Source of the DNA: Candidatus Zambryskiibacteriota bacterium
Lineage (GTDB): Bacteria; Patescibacteriota; Minisyncoccia; Phycocordibacterales; WO2-35-19
Assembly: GCA_048499675.1 (NCBI GenBank)
Contig: JASNZL010000001.1
Span: 1-56,746 of the forward strand
DNA length: 56,746 nt
Reading direction: 5' to 3'
Shown here: positions 47,888 to 56,746 of the stretch, piece after piece
Layout of the letters: every line of letters starts with the position of its first letter
Position numbering within the stretch: position 1 is the stretch's first letter
Notes under the pieces: generated by a model
Database searches by the model: none
Seen by the model: only the letters and a program-made list of their open reading frames with translations
Told to the model about the DNA's origin: nothing
Made by a program: the position numbers and the translations under genes

Positions 47888-48034
47888 AAAAATTAATTTA
47901 CAATTATCAATTTAAAATTTTCATTAAATTTATAATGTTCTAATTTAAAATTTTGTCATTTATTGAAAATTGAAAATTAGAAATTGAAAATTTAGTACAT
48001 TTATATCTTACCATTTGTTAAAATAAAGATAAAT

Positions 48035-48922
48035 ATGACTTACAAGATAAATGTACTAAAAAAGACAGATTGGCCTCCTTTAATTAATGAGATTAATCAG
48101 AAACCAAAAGAGCTTTTTTATGCAGGAAACATCCCAAATTGGCAAAACAAAATGCTATGTGTCGTTGGTGCACGAAAAAATTCAAATTATGGTAGGGAAG
48201 TGACAGAGTCTTTAATTCTTGGTCTTCGTGGTTTCCCTATAACAATCGTCTCCGGACTGGCTTTTGGAATTGATTCAATTGCTCACAAGTCCGCAATCAA
48301 AGCTGGTCTCAAAACAATCGCTGTCCCCGGCTCGGGACTTAACAAAGAAGTTCTCTATCCCCGCTCCCATCTAAATCTTGCTGAAGAAATAATAGAACAA
48401 GGTGGAACACTACTTAGCGAATTTGAACCGAGTTTCAGAGCAACCAACTGGAGCTTCCCTCAAAGAAACAGAATTATGGCGGGAATTTCTGATGCGGTGC
48501 TTGTGGTAGAAGCGGAACAAAAATCCGGCACGCTCATCACTTCACGATTGGCAGTCGAATACAATAGAGATGTTTTAACAATCCCTGGAAATATTTTTAA
48601 TCCACAAAGCGAAGGTCCTCATATGTTACTACGGCTTGGTGCAACTCCCATAAGAGACAGTGATGATATTTTGGAAGCACTACACATTCAGAATGTGTCC
48701 GCCTCCACTAAAGCTACGGCGGACGATGCAAAGTATTTTGATTGTTCAGAAAAAGAGATGCTTATAATTGAATTTTTAAACGAACCAAGAGAAAAAGATT
48801 TGATTTTGAGACAAATGAAAGAAATTCACAATATGGAAATTTCCGAAACCCAGACACTTTTGACTCTTTTAGAATTGAAATCAATTACAAAAGAATCAAT
48901 GGGTGAAATATACCTTAATTAA
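48035..48922 (+). CDS. dprA: DNA processing protein DprA (Smf)
   Basis: The GLAFGIDSIAHKSA, FPQRNRIMAG and KSGTLITSRLA motifs. Confidence 0.9.
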   Translation: MTYKINVLKKTDWPPLINEINQKPKELFYAGNIPNWQNKMLCVVGARKNSNYGREVTESLILGLRGFPITIVSGLAFGIDSIAHKSAIKAGLKTIAVPGSGLNKEVLYPRSHLNLAEEIIEQGGTLLSEFEPSFRATNWSFPQRNRIMAGISDAVLVVEAEQKSGTLITSRLAVEYNRDVLTIPGNIFNPQSEGPHMLLRLGATPIRDSDDILEALHIQNVSASTKATADDAKYFDCSEKEMLIIEFLNEPREKDLILRQMKEIHNMEISETQTLLTLLELKSITKESMGEIYLN

Positions 48923-48979
48923 GCCCTATTTTGACATTTACCATTCCTCCACCCAAATACTTGTATTTTTTCTTGATTT

Positions 48980-48988
48980 GTGATATAA
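48980..48988 (+). promoter_or_regulatory. Extended -10 promoter element (TGATATAAT)
   Basis: It matches TGnTATAAT and lies about 20 nt upstream of the first small ORF. Confidence 0.45.
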
Positions 48989-49007
48989 TTGTCTGTAGGA
49001 GGTTGTG

Positions 49008-49148
49008 ATGATTGTGTTATTAATCTTAGTCATCACACCGTTTTTTCTGGCAAGCGACATTGTACTTGCTGGGTACCTTTCTTTCTTTACCACCACCCTC
49101 TTCCTTTCGGGGCGAGAGTGGTGGAGCAGACAAGATGCTCTGTATTAG
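49008..49148 (+). CDS. 46-aa hydrophobic peptide (small ORF 1)
   Basis: AGGAGG lies 5 nt upstream. The peptide is MIVLLILVITPFFLASDIVLAGYLSFFTTTLFLSGREWWSRQDALY. The start codon sits inside a 10-bp hairpin. Confidence 0.4.
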   Translation: MIVLLILVITPFFLASDIVLAGYLSFFTTTLFLSGREWWSRQDALY

Positions 49149-49156
49149 GAGGAAAA

Positions 49157-49297
49157 ATGAGTTTTGAAATTCTGGGGATTTGCATCCCCTTCGTCACGAT
49201 TATTCTCCTCCTCGTGCTCGCCCCTCTCTACAAGGGCAAACTCGGGGGAGGAAAGGAAGAATTCTTCCGCGAATTCTCGCGGAAGAAGGCTCGATAA
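49157..49297 (+). CDS. 46-aa TM peptide with a basic tail (small ORF 2)
   Basis: AGGAGG lies 4 nt upstream. The peptide is MSFEILGICIPFVTIILLLVLAPLYKGKLGGGKEEFFREFSRKKAR. Confidence 0.5.
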   Translation: MSFEILGICIPFVTIILLLVLAPLYKGKLGGGKEEFFREFSRKKAR

Positions 49298-49311
49298 ACC
49301 GAAAAAGTTCA

Positions 49312-49345
49312 GGCCTCGCGCGCAAGCGCGAGGCCATTCATTTTT
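49312..49345 (+). terminator. Strong rho-independent terminator
   Basis: The sequence ggcctcgcgc-gcaa-gcgcgaggcc (10-bp GC stem with a GNRA loop), then attcattttt. Confidence 0.8.
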
Positions 49346-49557
49346 ACAATATTTGCCATTTTTATTTTTATAAACTATCCTTACATTATTATTCCCTTTA
49401 TTCGTAGCAATTCGTTAGTTTATTCGTTACTTCGTATTTATGAATCCCGTAGTAGAAAATGGCATAGAAAAGCTTTTTCAATTCGATCTTAACAATGTAA
49501 CCAACAATGAAATGATTATTAAATTAATAAATAAAATGGTGGCTTTTCAGGAAAGCA

Positions 49558-51789
49558 ATGCCATTTTTCACTAACAGGATGAAGCTTTTAATCGTCGAAT
49601 CACCAGCCAAAGCAAAAACAATAGGAAAATACTTGGGTAACGGTTTTACTGTAACCGCTTCTATTGGGCATGTCCGCGATCTTCCAAAATCAAACAAAAA
49701 AGCCATAGACATAGAAGGTGGTTTTATCCCCCACTACGAAATATCAAAAGGTAAAGAAAAAGTAATTTCAGAAATAAAAAGTCTAGCAAAAAAAGCTGAT
49801 GAAATACTACTTGCAATGGACCCCGACCGTGAAGGAGAAGCCATCGCGTGGCACGTAGAAGAAGAGATTAAAAAATTGAAAATTAAAGATTTAAAGATTA
49901 GGAGGGTCAGCTATCATGAAATTACCAAAGAGGCTATTGAAGAAGCACTTAAGCATCCGAGAAGCATTGATCAAAATTTGAGGAAGGCCCAAGAAGCCCG
50001 AAGAGTTTTGGATAGACTTGTTGGATATGACCTATCAGGTCTCATCTGGAAGAAAGTTCGTTATGGACTTTCCGCCGGGAGAGTACAGTCCCCCGCTCTC
50101 CGAATCTTGATGGAGAGAGAAAGAGAAATAAGAGCGTTCATCCCAGAAACTTTTTTTGTAATTTCTGCTGATTTATCTACAAGCAAAAAAGAAAAATTTA
50201 AGGTTATATGCGAAGAAGAACCAAAGACAGATATTGAAGCAACCAAAATTTATGAAAAAGCCAAATCTGGCAAATGGGAAGTATTAGATGTAATAGAGTC
50301 AGAAGCCAAAAGAAGTCCAAGAGCGCCATTTACAACCTCTACCCTCCAACAAACAGCAAGCACCAGACTTGGGTTCTCTCCAAAACGAACAATGATGACC
50401 GCTCAAAAACTTTATGAAGCGGGACATATAACGTATATGCGTACCGATAGCACAAGTATGGCCGGAAGCGCGCTCGCCCAAATCAAGCAGGTTGTATCAA
50501 AAAAATATGGTGACAAATTACACCAAGTGAGAGTTTTTAAAACCAAATCAAAAAATGCCCAAGAGGCACACGAAGCAATCAGACCAACACATTTTGAAAA
50601 AGAAAATCTTGGTCACACCGAAGATCAAAAAAGACTATATAGATTAATTTGGGAGCGCTCAGTGAGTTCTCAAATGAAAGACGCAAAAATAATGCGCACA
50701 AAAATAGTAACCAATATAGAAACCGGGGACATCCCAAATTTTTCTGCAAATGGTTCAAGAGTTTTGGAAGACGGCTGGCTACTTTGTGACAGTGGAGCAA
50801 AAGGAGAAGATGTAATTCTTCCAAATGTAAAACGAAAGGACGCGCTTGATTTAATTGATTTAGAAAAATTAGAAAAACAAACCGAACCCCCAAACAGATA
50901 TAGCGAAGCGGGACTTATCAAAGAGCTTGAAAAAAGAGGCATAGGCCGACCTTCCACATACGCCTCTATAATTAACACAATAATAGAGCGTGGCTACGTA
51001 GATAAAGATGGCAGGACTTTGAAACCAACCGACACAGGTGATGTAGTGTCCACATTTCTTGAGAATAACTTTGAAGAATACATAAGCGATACTTTTACAG
51101 CAGAAATGGAAGATAAATTGGATGACATAGCAGAAGGCAAAAGAGAATACGAAAAAACTCTAAGTGAATTTTATAAACCATTTATAAAAGAAGTTAAAGA
51201 AAAAGAAAAAACAGCAAAACTAACCACACTCGGTGACGCTGATCCAAACCTTAAATGTCCAATCTGTGACGCAGGAATGATTGTTAAACTTGGAAAAGGT
51301 GGTAAATTTTTGAGTTGCGAAAGATTTCCAGAATGTAGCGGAATGCGCAACATAGACGGAAGTGAGGTAAAAGAAGCAGAACCAATTGGAGTTGACCCAG
51401 AAAGCGGACTTCCTATACTTGTGATGGATGGAAGGTTTGGACCTTATGTTCAGTTAGGCAATCCCACTTCGCAAAAGCTTCGCGGGACGCCGACTAAAAA
51501 GTCGGCGAAAGAAAAGCCAAGAAGGGCAAGTATACCGAAAGACATCGATCCGAATCAGATTACAGTAGAGCAAGCGCTCAAATTACTCAGTCTTCCACGA
51601 GAGCTTGGACCCCATCCAGAGACGGGCGAAATGATTTCAGCCAACGTAGGAAGGTTTGGACCATATATTGTACATCAAAAAGATTTCCGCTCATTAAAAG
51701 ATGACGATGTATACACCATCACTCTTGAACGGGCTCTTGAAATATTAAAAGAGCCAAAAAAATTCAGAGGAAAGAGAACAAAGAGTTAA
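49558..51789 (+). CDS. topA: DNA topoisomerase I
   Basis: Toprim N-terminus LLIVESPAKAKTIGKYLG, the active-site region YMRTDS, and C-terminal zinc ribbons CPIC...C..C. The probable true start is ATG 49579. Confidence 0.92.
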   Translation: MPFFTNRMKLLIVESPAKAKTIGKYLGNGFTVTASIGHVRDLPKSNKKAIDIEGGFIPHYEISKGKEKVISEIKSLAKKADEILLAMDPDREGEAIAWHVEEEIKKLKIKDLKIRRVSYHEITKEAIEEALKHPRSIDQNLRKAQEARRVLDRLVGYDLSGLIWKKVRYGLSAGRVQSPALRILMEREREIRAFIPETFFVISADLSTSKKEKFKVICEEEPKTDIEATKIYEKAKSGKWEVLDVIESEAKRSPRAPFTTSTLQQTASTRLGFSPKRTMMTAQKLYEAGHITYMRTDSTSMAGSALAQIKQVVSKKYGDKLHQVRVFKTKSKNAQEAHEAIRPTHFEKENLGHTEDQKRLYRLIWERSVSSQMKDAKIMRTKIVTNIETGDIPNFSANGSRVLEDGWLLCDSGAKGEDVILPNVKRKDALDLIDLEKLEKQTEPPNRYSEAGLIKELEKRGIGRPSTYASIINTIIERGYVDKDGRTLKPTDTGDVVSTFLENNFEEYISDTFTAEMEDKLDDIAEGKREYEKTLSEFYKPFIKEVKEKEKTAKLTTLGDADPNLKCPICDAGMIVKLGKGGKFLSCERFPECSGMRNIDGSEVKEAEPIGVDPESGLPILVMDGRFGPYVQLGNPTSQKLRGTPTKKSAKEKPRRASIPKDIDPNQITVEQALKLLSLPRELGPHPETGEMISANVGRFGPYIVHQKDFRSLKDDDVYTITLERALEILKEPKKFRGKRTKS

Positions 51790-51920
51790 AAAATTTAGAA
51801 AGCTTAGAATTATTAAACTGTGTTTTGAGTTTTGTGTTTTATTTGTGTTTTGTTTAATGTATTTTGTAAACTACTAATTTGGAGTTCGATTACCATAATG
51901 ATTTTTTGTATCTGTAATGA

Positions 51921-53453
51921 GTGGGTAACACTTGGAATTTCTACTATTTATGCTTAAATACTCCTATGGAACCCAATCTAAACACTCTCCTAAATATGGT
52001 CTCTGACCTCGACGATAGCGACAAAAAGCTTATAAAAAAAGCATATGAATTTGCAATGGAAGCTCATCGTGATGAAAAAAGAAGTAGTGGAGAGCCATAT
52101 TTCAACCATCTATTTGGAACAGCTGTAAACTTGGCAGAACTCGGAATGAGTGGTGTCACAATTTCAGCTGGTCTTTTGCATGATTCAATAGAGGATGTGG
52201 GAGTTTTACCAGAAACAATAGAAAAAGAGTTTGGTTCTGAAGTTAGATTTATTGTAGAAGGAGTTACTAAACTTGGTAAGGTACGCTACCACGGCGCAGA
52301 CCGACACAACGAAAGTTTGCGGAAACTTTTTGTGGCAATGTCCCAAGATATAAGAGTTTTAATTGTTAAGCTTTGTGACAGACTCCATAATATGGAAACC
52401 TTGGAATTTGTTAAAAAAGAAAAGCAAGAAAGAATTGCGCGCGAAACACTAGAGATATATGCACCAATTGCCTACAGATTAGGGATCAGAAAAGTTTCCA
52501 AAAAACTAGAAGATCTTTCCTTCCCTTTTGTTTATCCAAAAGAATACAAAGAAATAAAAGAAATAGTTAAAGAAAGATATGACAACCAAATGGAAACTTT
52601 GGAAAAATTCCGAAAATCAGTAGTCAAAGAGCTGGGAAAAGCAGAGATAAGGGATTTCAAAACTGATTATAGAGTAAAAGGTCTTTATAGTTTGTACAAA
52701 AAGTATATAAAGAACAAAAAAGATATAGACAAAATATATGACATCGCGGCAATGCGTATAATACTCAAAGAACAAAATGACTGTTACAGAGTCCTTGGAG
52801 TAATACACGCAAACTGGAGACCTCTCCCCGGTAGAATAAAAGACTATATCGCCTTTCCGAAGCAAAATGGCTATCAAGCGCTTCACACGACAGTTTTTAC
52901 AGGAGATGGTGGTATTGTAGAAATTCAAATAAAAACAGGAACGATGCACAAAGAAGCAGAATTTGGTATCGCCTCCCACATATCTTATAAATCAGAATTC
53001 AAAAAGAAAAAACTTAATCCGAATTTTGAGTGGATAAAAAGAATTCTTCCAAATGTATTAGTAAAAAACTCCACTGTTTCAGAAAACAAAGATGTACCAA
53101 ATTGGATAAAAGAACTTGTTGAATACCAAGAAAATAATCCAAAAGAAGGCGTATTAGACGATATCAGGAACGACTTCTTTAGTGAAAGAATTTTTGTCTT
53201 TACCCCCAAGGGAGACGTGATTGATTTACCAAACGGCGCATCTGTCATTGATTTTGCTTATTCAATCCACACAGACATTGGTAACCATATAGCCGGCGTC
53301 AAAATAAATGGCAAAATGTCCTCTATCGAGTCTGTGCTAAAAAGTGGAGACATTATAGAGATAGTTACTAAGAAAAACGCCAAACCAAATAGAAAATGGC
53401 TAGAATTTGCCAAAACAACTTTTGCCAAAAAACACATCAGGCAATTGATGTAA
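51921..53453 (+). CDS. RelA/SpoT homologue, (p)ppGpp synthetase/hydrolase (HD + synthetase + TGS, no ACT)
   Basis: HD motif LLHDSIED, a synthetase block, and a TGS domain VFTPKGDVIDLPNGASVIDFAY. An alternative start is ATG 51966. Confidence 0.85.
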   Translation: MGNTWNFYYLCLNTPMEPNLNTLLNMVSDLDDSDKKLIKKAYEFAMEAHRDEKRSSGEPYFNHLFGTAVNLAELGMSGVTISAGLLHDSIEDVGVLPETIEKEFGSEVRFIVEGVTKLGKVRYHGADRHNESLRKLFVAMSQDIRVLIVKLCDRLHNMETLEFVKKEKQERIARETLEIYAPIAYRLGIRKVSKKLEDLSFPFVYPKEYKEIKEIVKERYDNQMETLEKFRKSVVKELGKAEIRDFKTDYRVKGLYSLYKKYIKNKKDIDKIYDIAAMRIILKEQNDCYRVLGVIHANWRPLPGRIKDYIAFPKQNGYQALHTTVFTGDGGIVEIQIKTGTMHKEAEFGIASHISYKSEFKKKKLNPNFEWIKRILPNVLVKNSTVSENKDVPNWIKELVEYQENNPKEGVLDDIRNDFFSERIFVFTPKGDVIDLPNGASVIDFAYSIHTDIGNHIAGVKINGKMSSIESVLKSGDIIEIVTKKNAKPNRKWLEFAKTTFAKKHIRQLM

Positions 53454-53491
53454 AATGATTAAACGCTAAGCATGGAGCGCTAAACGATAAT

Positions 53492-54685
53492 TTATAGGCT
53501 GAAGTTTTTGATGGAGTAAAGATCGTCATCGATTGGAGTATCGTCTGCTTTTTTTATCTCTTCTTTTGTTCTATCATCAACTGCCACAACTTCTTCCTGT
53601 TCTACACCCAAATCTAATCCAGTAAGATTCTCAATTCCAATCAAATTGTTTTGTTCTTCTGAGTTTATTTCAGTCACCTTACTTACCGGTTCAACATTAT
53701 CTGCTGTTGAATAACTGACGGGATTTTCTGTATTTTGTTCACCATCGCTTACCAATTCCCCATCTGAATCTGAAACTTTTTCTTCTTGTACTTCTGCAAC
53801 ACTTTCATTAACTGTATTTTGTTTACCCAACATTTTTAGAAGTTCCTCCAAATCATCATTTGAAAAGAAATCTATCGTAAGTTTTCCCCCACTTTCTTTT
53901 CTTTCAATCCTAACTCTTGTACCTAATTTTTCAGCAAATTTCTCTTCAAAAGCACAAATCTCAGGATCAATAGAAGCATTAATTTTTCTTACCCTTTCTA
54001 TTGCAATTTTTCGAGCCGCAAGCTCCGCTTCTCTAACACTGAGTTTTCTAAGCATTATGTCTTTAAACAGCACCGCCTGCTCTTCTTTCCTGTCTATAAG
54101 CATAAGGAGAGGTCTTGTGTGACCTTCGTTTATTTTTCCTTCCGAAAGAGCGTTTAACATTTCCTCGGGCAAATCGAGTATTCTCATTGTATTGCTCACA
54201 TACACCCTACTCTTGCCCACCTTCTCTCCGATTTGATGTTGTTTAAATCCAAACTCCTCAACCAGTTTTTTAAAAGCTCTCGCTCTTTCTATTGGATTTA
54301 AATCTTCTCTTTGAACATTTTCAATAATGGCAAGTTCAAGTTTCATCAAGTCCTCTTTTTTCTGATTTTCTGTCTCCCCCGGCAATCTGATTATAACCGG
54401 CACTTGAACAAGTCCAGCCATTTTTGAAGCACGAAGTCGTCTCTCACCTGCAATAAGTTCATACTCTACCGCAAGGCCATCCTCTTTGATTATTTCTTTT
54501 CTTGTAACAACTAGAGCTTGCAGGACTCCATACTGCTTGATTGAATCAGCAAGAGCTTTGAGAGCATCTGGATCAAACTCTCGCCTTGGTTGAAATGGGT
54601 TTGGTTTGATTTTATCTACCTCCACCCAAAATATAGAATCTTGATAAAAATTTGAATTGTTTGACATGTGATTTAGCGAAACCAT
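53492..54685 (-). CDS. parB: ParB/Spo0J partition protein with a long acidic C-terminal extension
   Basis: The LIAGERRLRASKMAG box and an HTH region. The probable start is ATG 54667. No parA is adjacent. Confidence 0.85.
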   Translation of the reverse strand: MVSLNHMSNNSNFYQDSIFWVEVDKIKPNPFQPRREFDPDALKALADSIKQYGVLQALVVTRKEIIKEDGLAVEYELIAGERRLRASKMAGLVQVPVIIRLPGETENQKKEDLMKLELAIIENVQREDLNPIERARAFKKLVEEFGFKQHQIGEKVGKSRVYVSNTMRILDLPEEMLNALSEGKINEGHTRPLLMLIDRKEEQAVLFKDIMLRKLSVREAELAARKIAIERVRKINASIDPEICAFEEKFAEKLGTRVRIERKESGGKLTIDFFSNDDLEELLKMLGKQNTVNESVAEVQEEKVSDSDGELVSDGEQNTENPVSYSTADNVEPVSKVTEINSEEQNNLIGIENLTGLDLGVEQEEVVAVDDRTKEEIKKADDTPIDDDLYSIKNFSL

Positions 54686-54758
54686 GTCGCACGATACCGT
54701 CCTTTGAAGTGCGACTTATTTCCTTTATATTCTAGCACAAATATAATTTGCATTTTAG

Positions 54759-56111
54759 CTATCCACTGTTATTATCATTGTTCTTTACACCACCCATTTC
54801 TTCTATCATTCCAAGAGCTTTCTGTTGGTTAGAAAGCATGACGTTTAATAAATGATTATTTTTCAAACTTTCCTCAAATTCTTCAAGACTCGTATCTATT
54901 TTACCTTCTTTAATTTCATTTCTAACATTTTCAACCTCTTTACTATTTATAACAGGGTGACCAAGAGGACTAATACTATGATGTGCAGATAAACTAAAAT
55001 TTCTAAAATTTATATCCGTTTCAGTGACACGAATACTTTTTAAGGGAGGAATAGGTACTAGTGTATTATCAATTAATATAAGCCCTTTTTCTTGCAACTC
55101 AGATATTTGCAGCATGTCATCAAAAGCTACACCTTTTCCTTTATTCAAATTTAACACTCTAGCTTCATTGTCATATATACCAAATCGAATTGCTCTAAAA
55201 CTGCTCGGGGGAATTCTATTGGATATTCCTATATCTCCTCCTGTTTCTTTACTGTTGGCCGCACCCTGCTCATATTGGCGTAATTCATGTGGTGCCTTAA
55301 AAAAAATTTGAATATTGCCCACCGATAATTCTGATGTAAAAAACTTTTCTAATTTAGAAAATTTTTCCTTCATGTATCCAGAGGACGAACTACTTATAAG
55401 ATCTTTGCCAGACATTACTGATGGTAAAGAATCCCACGTTTCAATATTTTTATAATTTTCAGGAAGATCTTCAGGATTAGTATGGATATATTTACTTGTA
55501 AGAGTATTTCGTATACCTAAACTATTGCTTGCATGACCCTCAACCTTATGAGTTCTGTTGTTATATACCCCGACTGGAAGTACAGGATAGCCAACCTCTC
55601 CAATAATTCGTGGTATCACTTTATTTAAAAAATGTGCTACTCTAGCCCTACCTATTTTTGGTGCAGTTTCTATAATTTTATTTTTTTCTGATTCATATTC
55701 TCGTCCATCAATAACACCTTCCTCAAATCTTTTATGGAGCTCTAAAAAGGAGTTGATCCTTTGTCGCGCTTTTCTACCACCAGAAGCCTGATATGGTCTA
55801 TCCCAACCATGATCTGCTATTGTTGAATCTTCCAATTGTTTTGCTGACAATATTCCCTTTTCAAAAATACTTCTTATTATTCCTTTTGCATATCTGCTAT
55901 TTGAAGCAGTTACAGAATGAACAAATATCTCATCATCATTTATCCAATCCAAAAACTTTTTGAAATTTTCTTTACAAAATTTTTCTTCCGCTTCTTTTTC
56001 TTCAGGGGTAAGTTCTGCTTCTGTTTTTCCAGCCAAACTTTCGTTCAATACCCCCAAATTCATATTTTCAGAATTTACTGATTTGTTATTTTGATGACTT
56101 ATTCCTTCCAT
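54759..56111 (-). CDS. Hypothetical 450-aa protein
   Basis: Long ORF with protein-like composition and no recognisable motif. It overlaps the upstream LAGLIDADG gene by 13 nt. Confidence 0.5.
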   Translation of the reverse strand: MEGISHQNNKSVNSENMNLGVLNESLAGKTEAELTPEEKEAEEKFCKENFKKFLDWINDDEIFVHSVTASNSRYAKGIIRSIFEKGILSAKQLEDSTIADHGWDRPYQASGGRKARQRINSFLELHKRFEEGVIDGREYESEKNKIIETAPKIGRARVAHFLNKVIPRIIGEVGYPVLPVGVYNNRTHKVEGHASNSLGIRNTLTSKYIHTNPEDLPENYKNIETWDSLPSVMSGKDLISSSSSGYMKEKFSKLEKFFTSELSVGNIQIFFKAPHELRQYEQGAANSKETGGDIGISNRIPPSSFRAIRFGIYDNEARVLNLNKGKGVAFDDMLQISELQEKGLILIDNTLVPIPPLKSIRVTETDINFRNFSLSAHHSISPLGHPVINSKEVENVRNEIKEGKIDTSLEEFEESLKNNHLLNVMLSNQQKALGMIEEMGGVKNNDNNSG

Positions 56112-56680
56112 AACTTTATATCTTTAATAAATTTGTTAACATTTTTTGATATTCGGATTGTATACTTATCTGGATTTGCAGATCTAAAAACTTGCACATT
56201 CGGTTTATAACCTATATATTCCATTCCTTTTTTAATTGACAGCGCAAGGGTTGGAATACTGGAGACAACATTGACGTGTGTATATTTTCTATCTTTGAAA
56301 ATTGAACCATCAGTTTGAATTATACCTCTTAAACACTCTTTAGTGTATTTATAATCCTTCAATATCCAATTCGGGATCTTAACCATTTGAACCATTTTTG
56401 ATCCTTTTCCAGTTTTCCAACCTAAAACGTTTTCCCAACAATTTGAATAACAACTAACGTCTATTGAATTATCTTTTCTGTTGACCAAAGACACCTTATT
56501 ATCAGGTAACATTTTAGAAATGGAATCTTTTATATGATTAAGAAGTTTTGGATATTTTTTATCGCAAGTTATTCTAAGTCGCACCGCTCTTCCATTTGAA
56601 TTAGATAAATTTCCATCACCCAATGCCAATCCTATTATGTAAGATCTTAACATAAGATTTGTACTGATAGTTTTTGACAT
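56099..56680 (-). CDS. Free-standing double-motif LAGLIDADG homing endonuclease
   Basis: Two LAGLIDADG motifs: IIGLALGDGNL and LRGIIQTDGSI. Size is 193 aa. Confidence 0.8.
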   Translation of the reverse strand: MSKTISTNLMLRSYIIGLALGDGNLSNSNGRAVRLRITCDKKYPKLLNHIKDSISKMLPDNKVSLVNRKDNSIDVSCYSNCWENVLGWKTGKGSKMVQMVKIPNWILKDYKYTKECLRGIIQTDGSIFKDRKYTHVNVVSSIPTLALSIKKGMEYIGYKPNVQVFRSANPDKYTIRISKNVNKFIKDIKLWKE

Positions 56681-56682
56681 TG

Positions 56683-56746
56683 TGCCAGAGGGGAGACTTG
56701 AACTCCCAAGCCTTTCGGCGCTCGATTTTGAGTCGAGTATGTTTAC
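56683..56746 (-). tRNA. tRNA-Leu (CAA), 5' part truncated by the window edge
   Basis: Minus strand: anticodon arm ctcga-ctCAAaa-tcgag, long variable arm gcc-gaaa-ggc, T-arm gggag-ttcaagt-ctccc, acceptor 3' strand ctctggc plus discriminator A. CCA is not encoded. Confidence 0.8.

Noticed and set aside
48989-49407. Three overlapping 69-102-aa plus-strand ORFs
   Set aside because: None has a start context. The two 46-codon ORFs with AGGAGG sites, or a structured RNA, explain the segment better.

Overview
This is a low-GC, gene-dense bacterial window, mostly on the minus strand. The gene content and style (small genes, degenerate replication and chaperone ATPases, a DGR with a lectin-fold target, a free-standing LAGLIDADG gene) suggest a small-genome bacterium, possibly CPR/Patescibacteria; that placement is inference only. 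The standard genetic code applies, since TGA is used as a stop. Housekeeping genes include rseP, frr, holB-like, mreB, a priA-like gene, def, fmt, hpf, a GH13 glycosidase, a VanY-like peptidase, a complete F1Fo ATP synthase operon (atpI-like, B, E, F, H, A, G, D, C), dus, a Clp-like AAA+ gene, ftsQ-like, serS, dprA, topA, a rel/spoT homologue, parB, tRNA-Asn and a truncated tRNA-Leu. There are two accessory regions. (1) A complete diversity-generating retroelement lies at 9.4-13.5 kb: RT, a 145-nt TR, avd, and a DUF1566-like target with a 3'-terminal VR. All 18 TR/VR differences fall on TR adenines. The RT is oriented convergently to TR, and hicBA plus an orphan MNT gene sit inside the cassette. 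(2) A ~12-kb island (19925-31955) is integrated at the 3' end of tRNA-Asn and bounded by 15-bp direct repeats. It carries a large serine recombinase, a wHTH protein with palindromic sites, a DpnII/MboI-like GATC restriction-modification operon with a translationally coupled unknown fourth gene, and a 1383-aa STAND/NACHT-like NTPase. That NTPase and the fourth gene are the best candidates for an undescribed defence function. Three GC-rich non-coding or small-ORF islands with their own promoters and terminators (about 40.6, 42.1-42.6 and 49.0-49.3 kb), and a promoter-bearing 112-nt repeat bracketed by inverted repeats, are unexplained by standard annotation.
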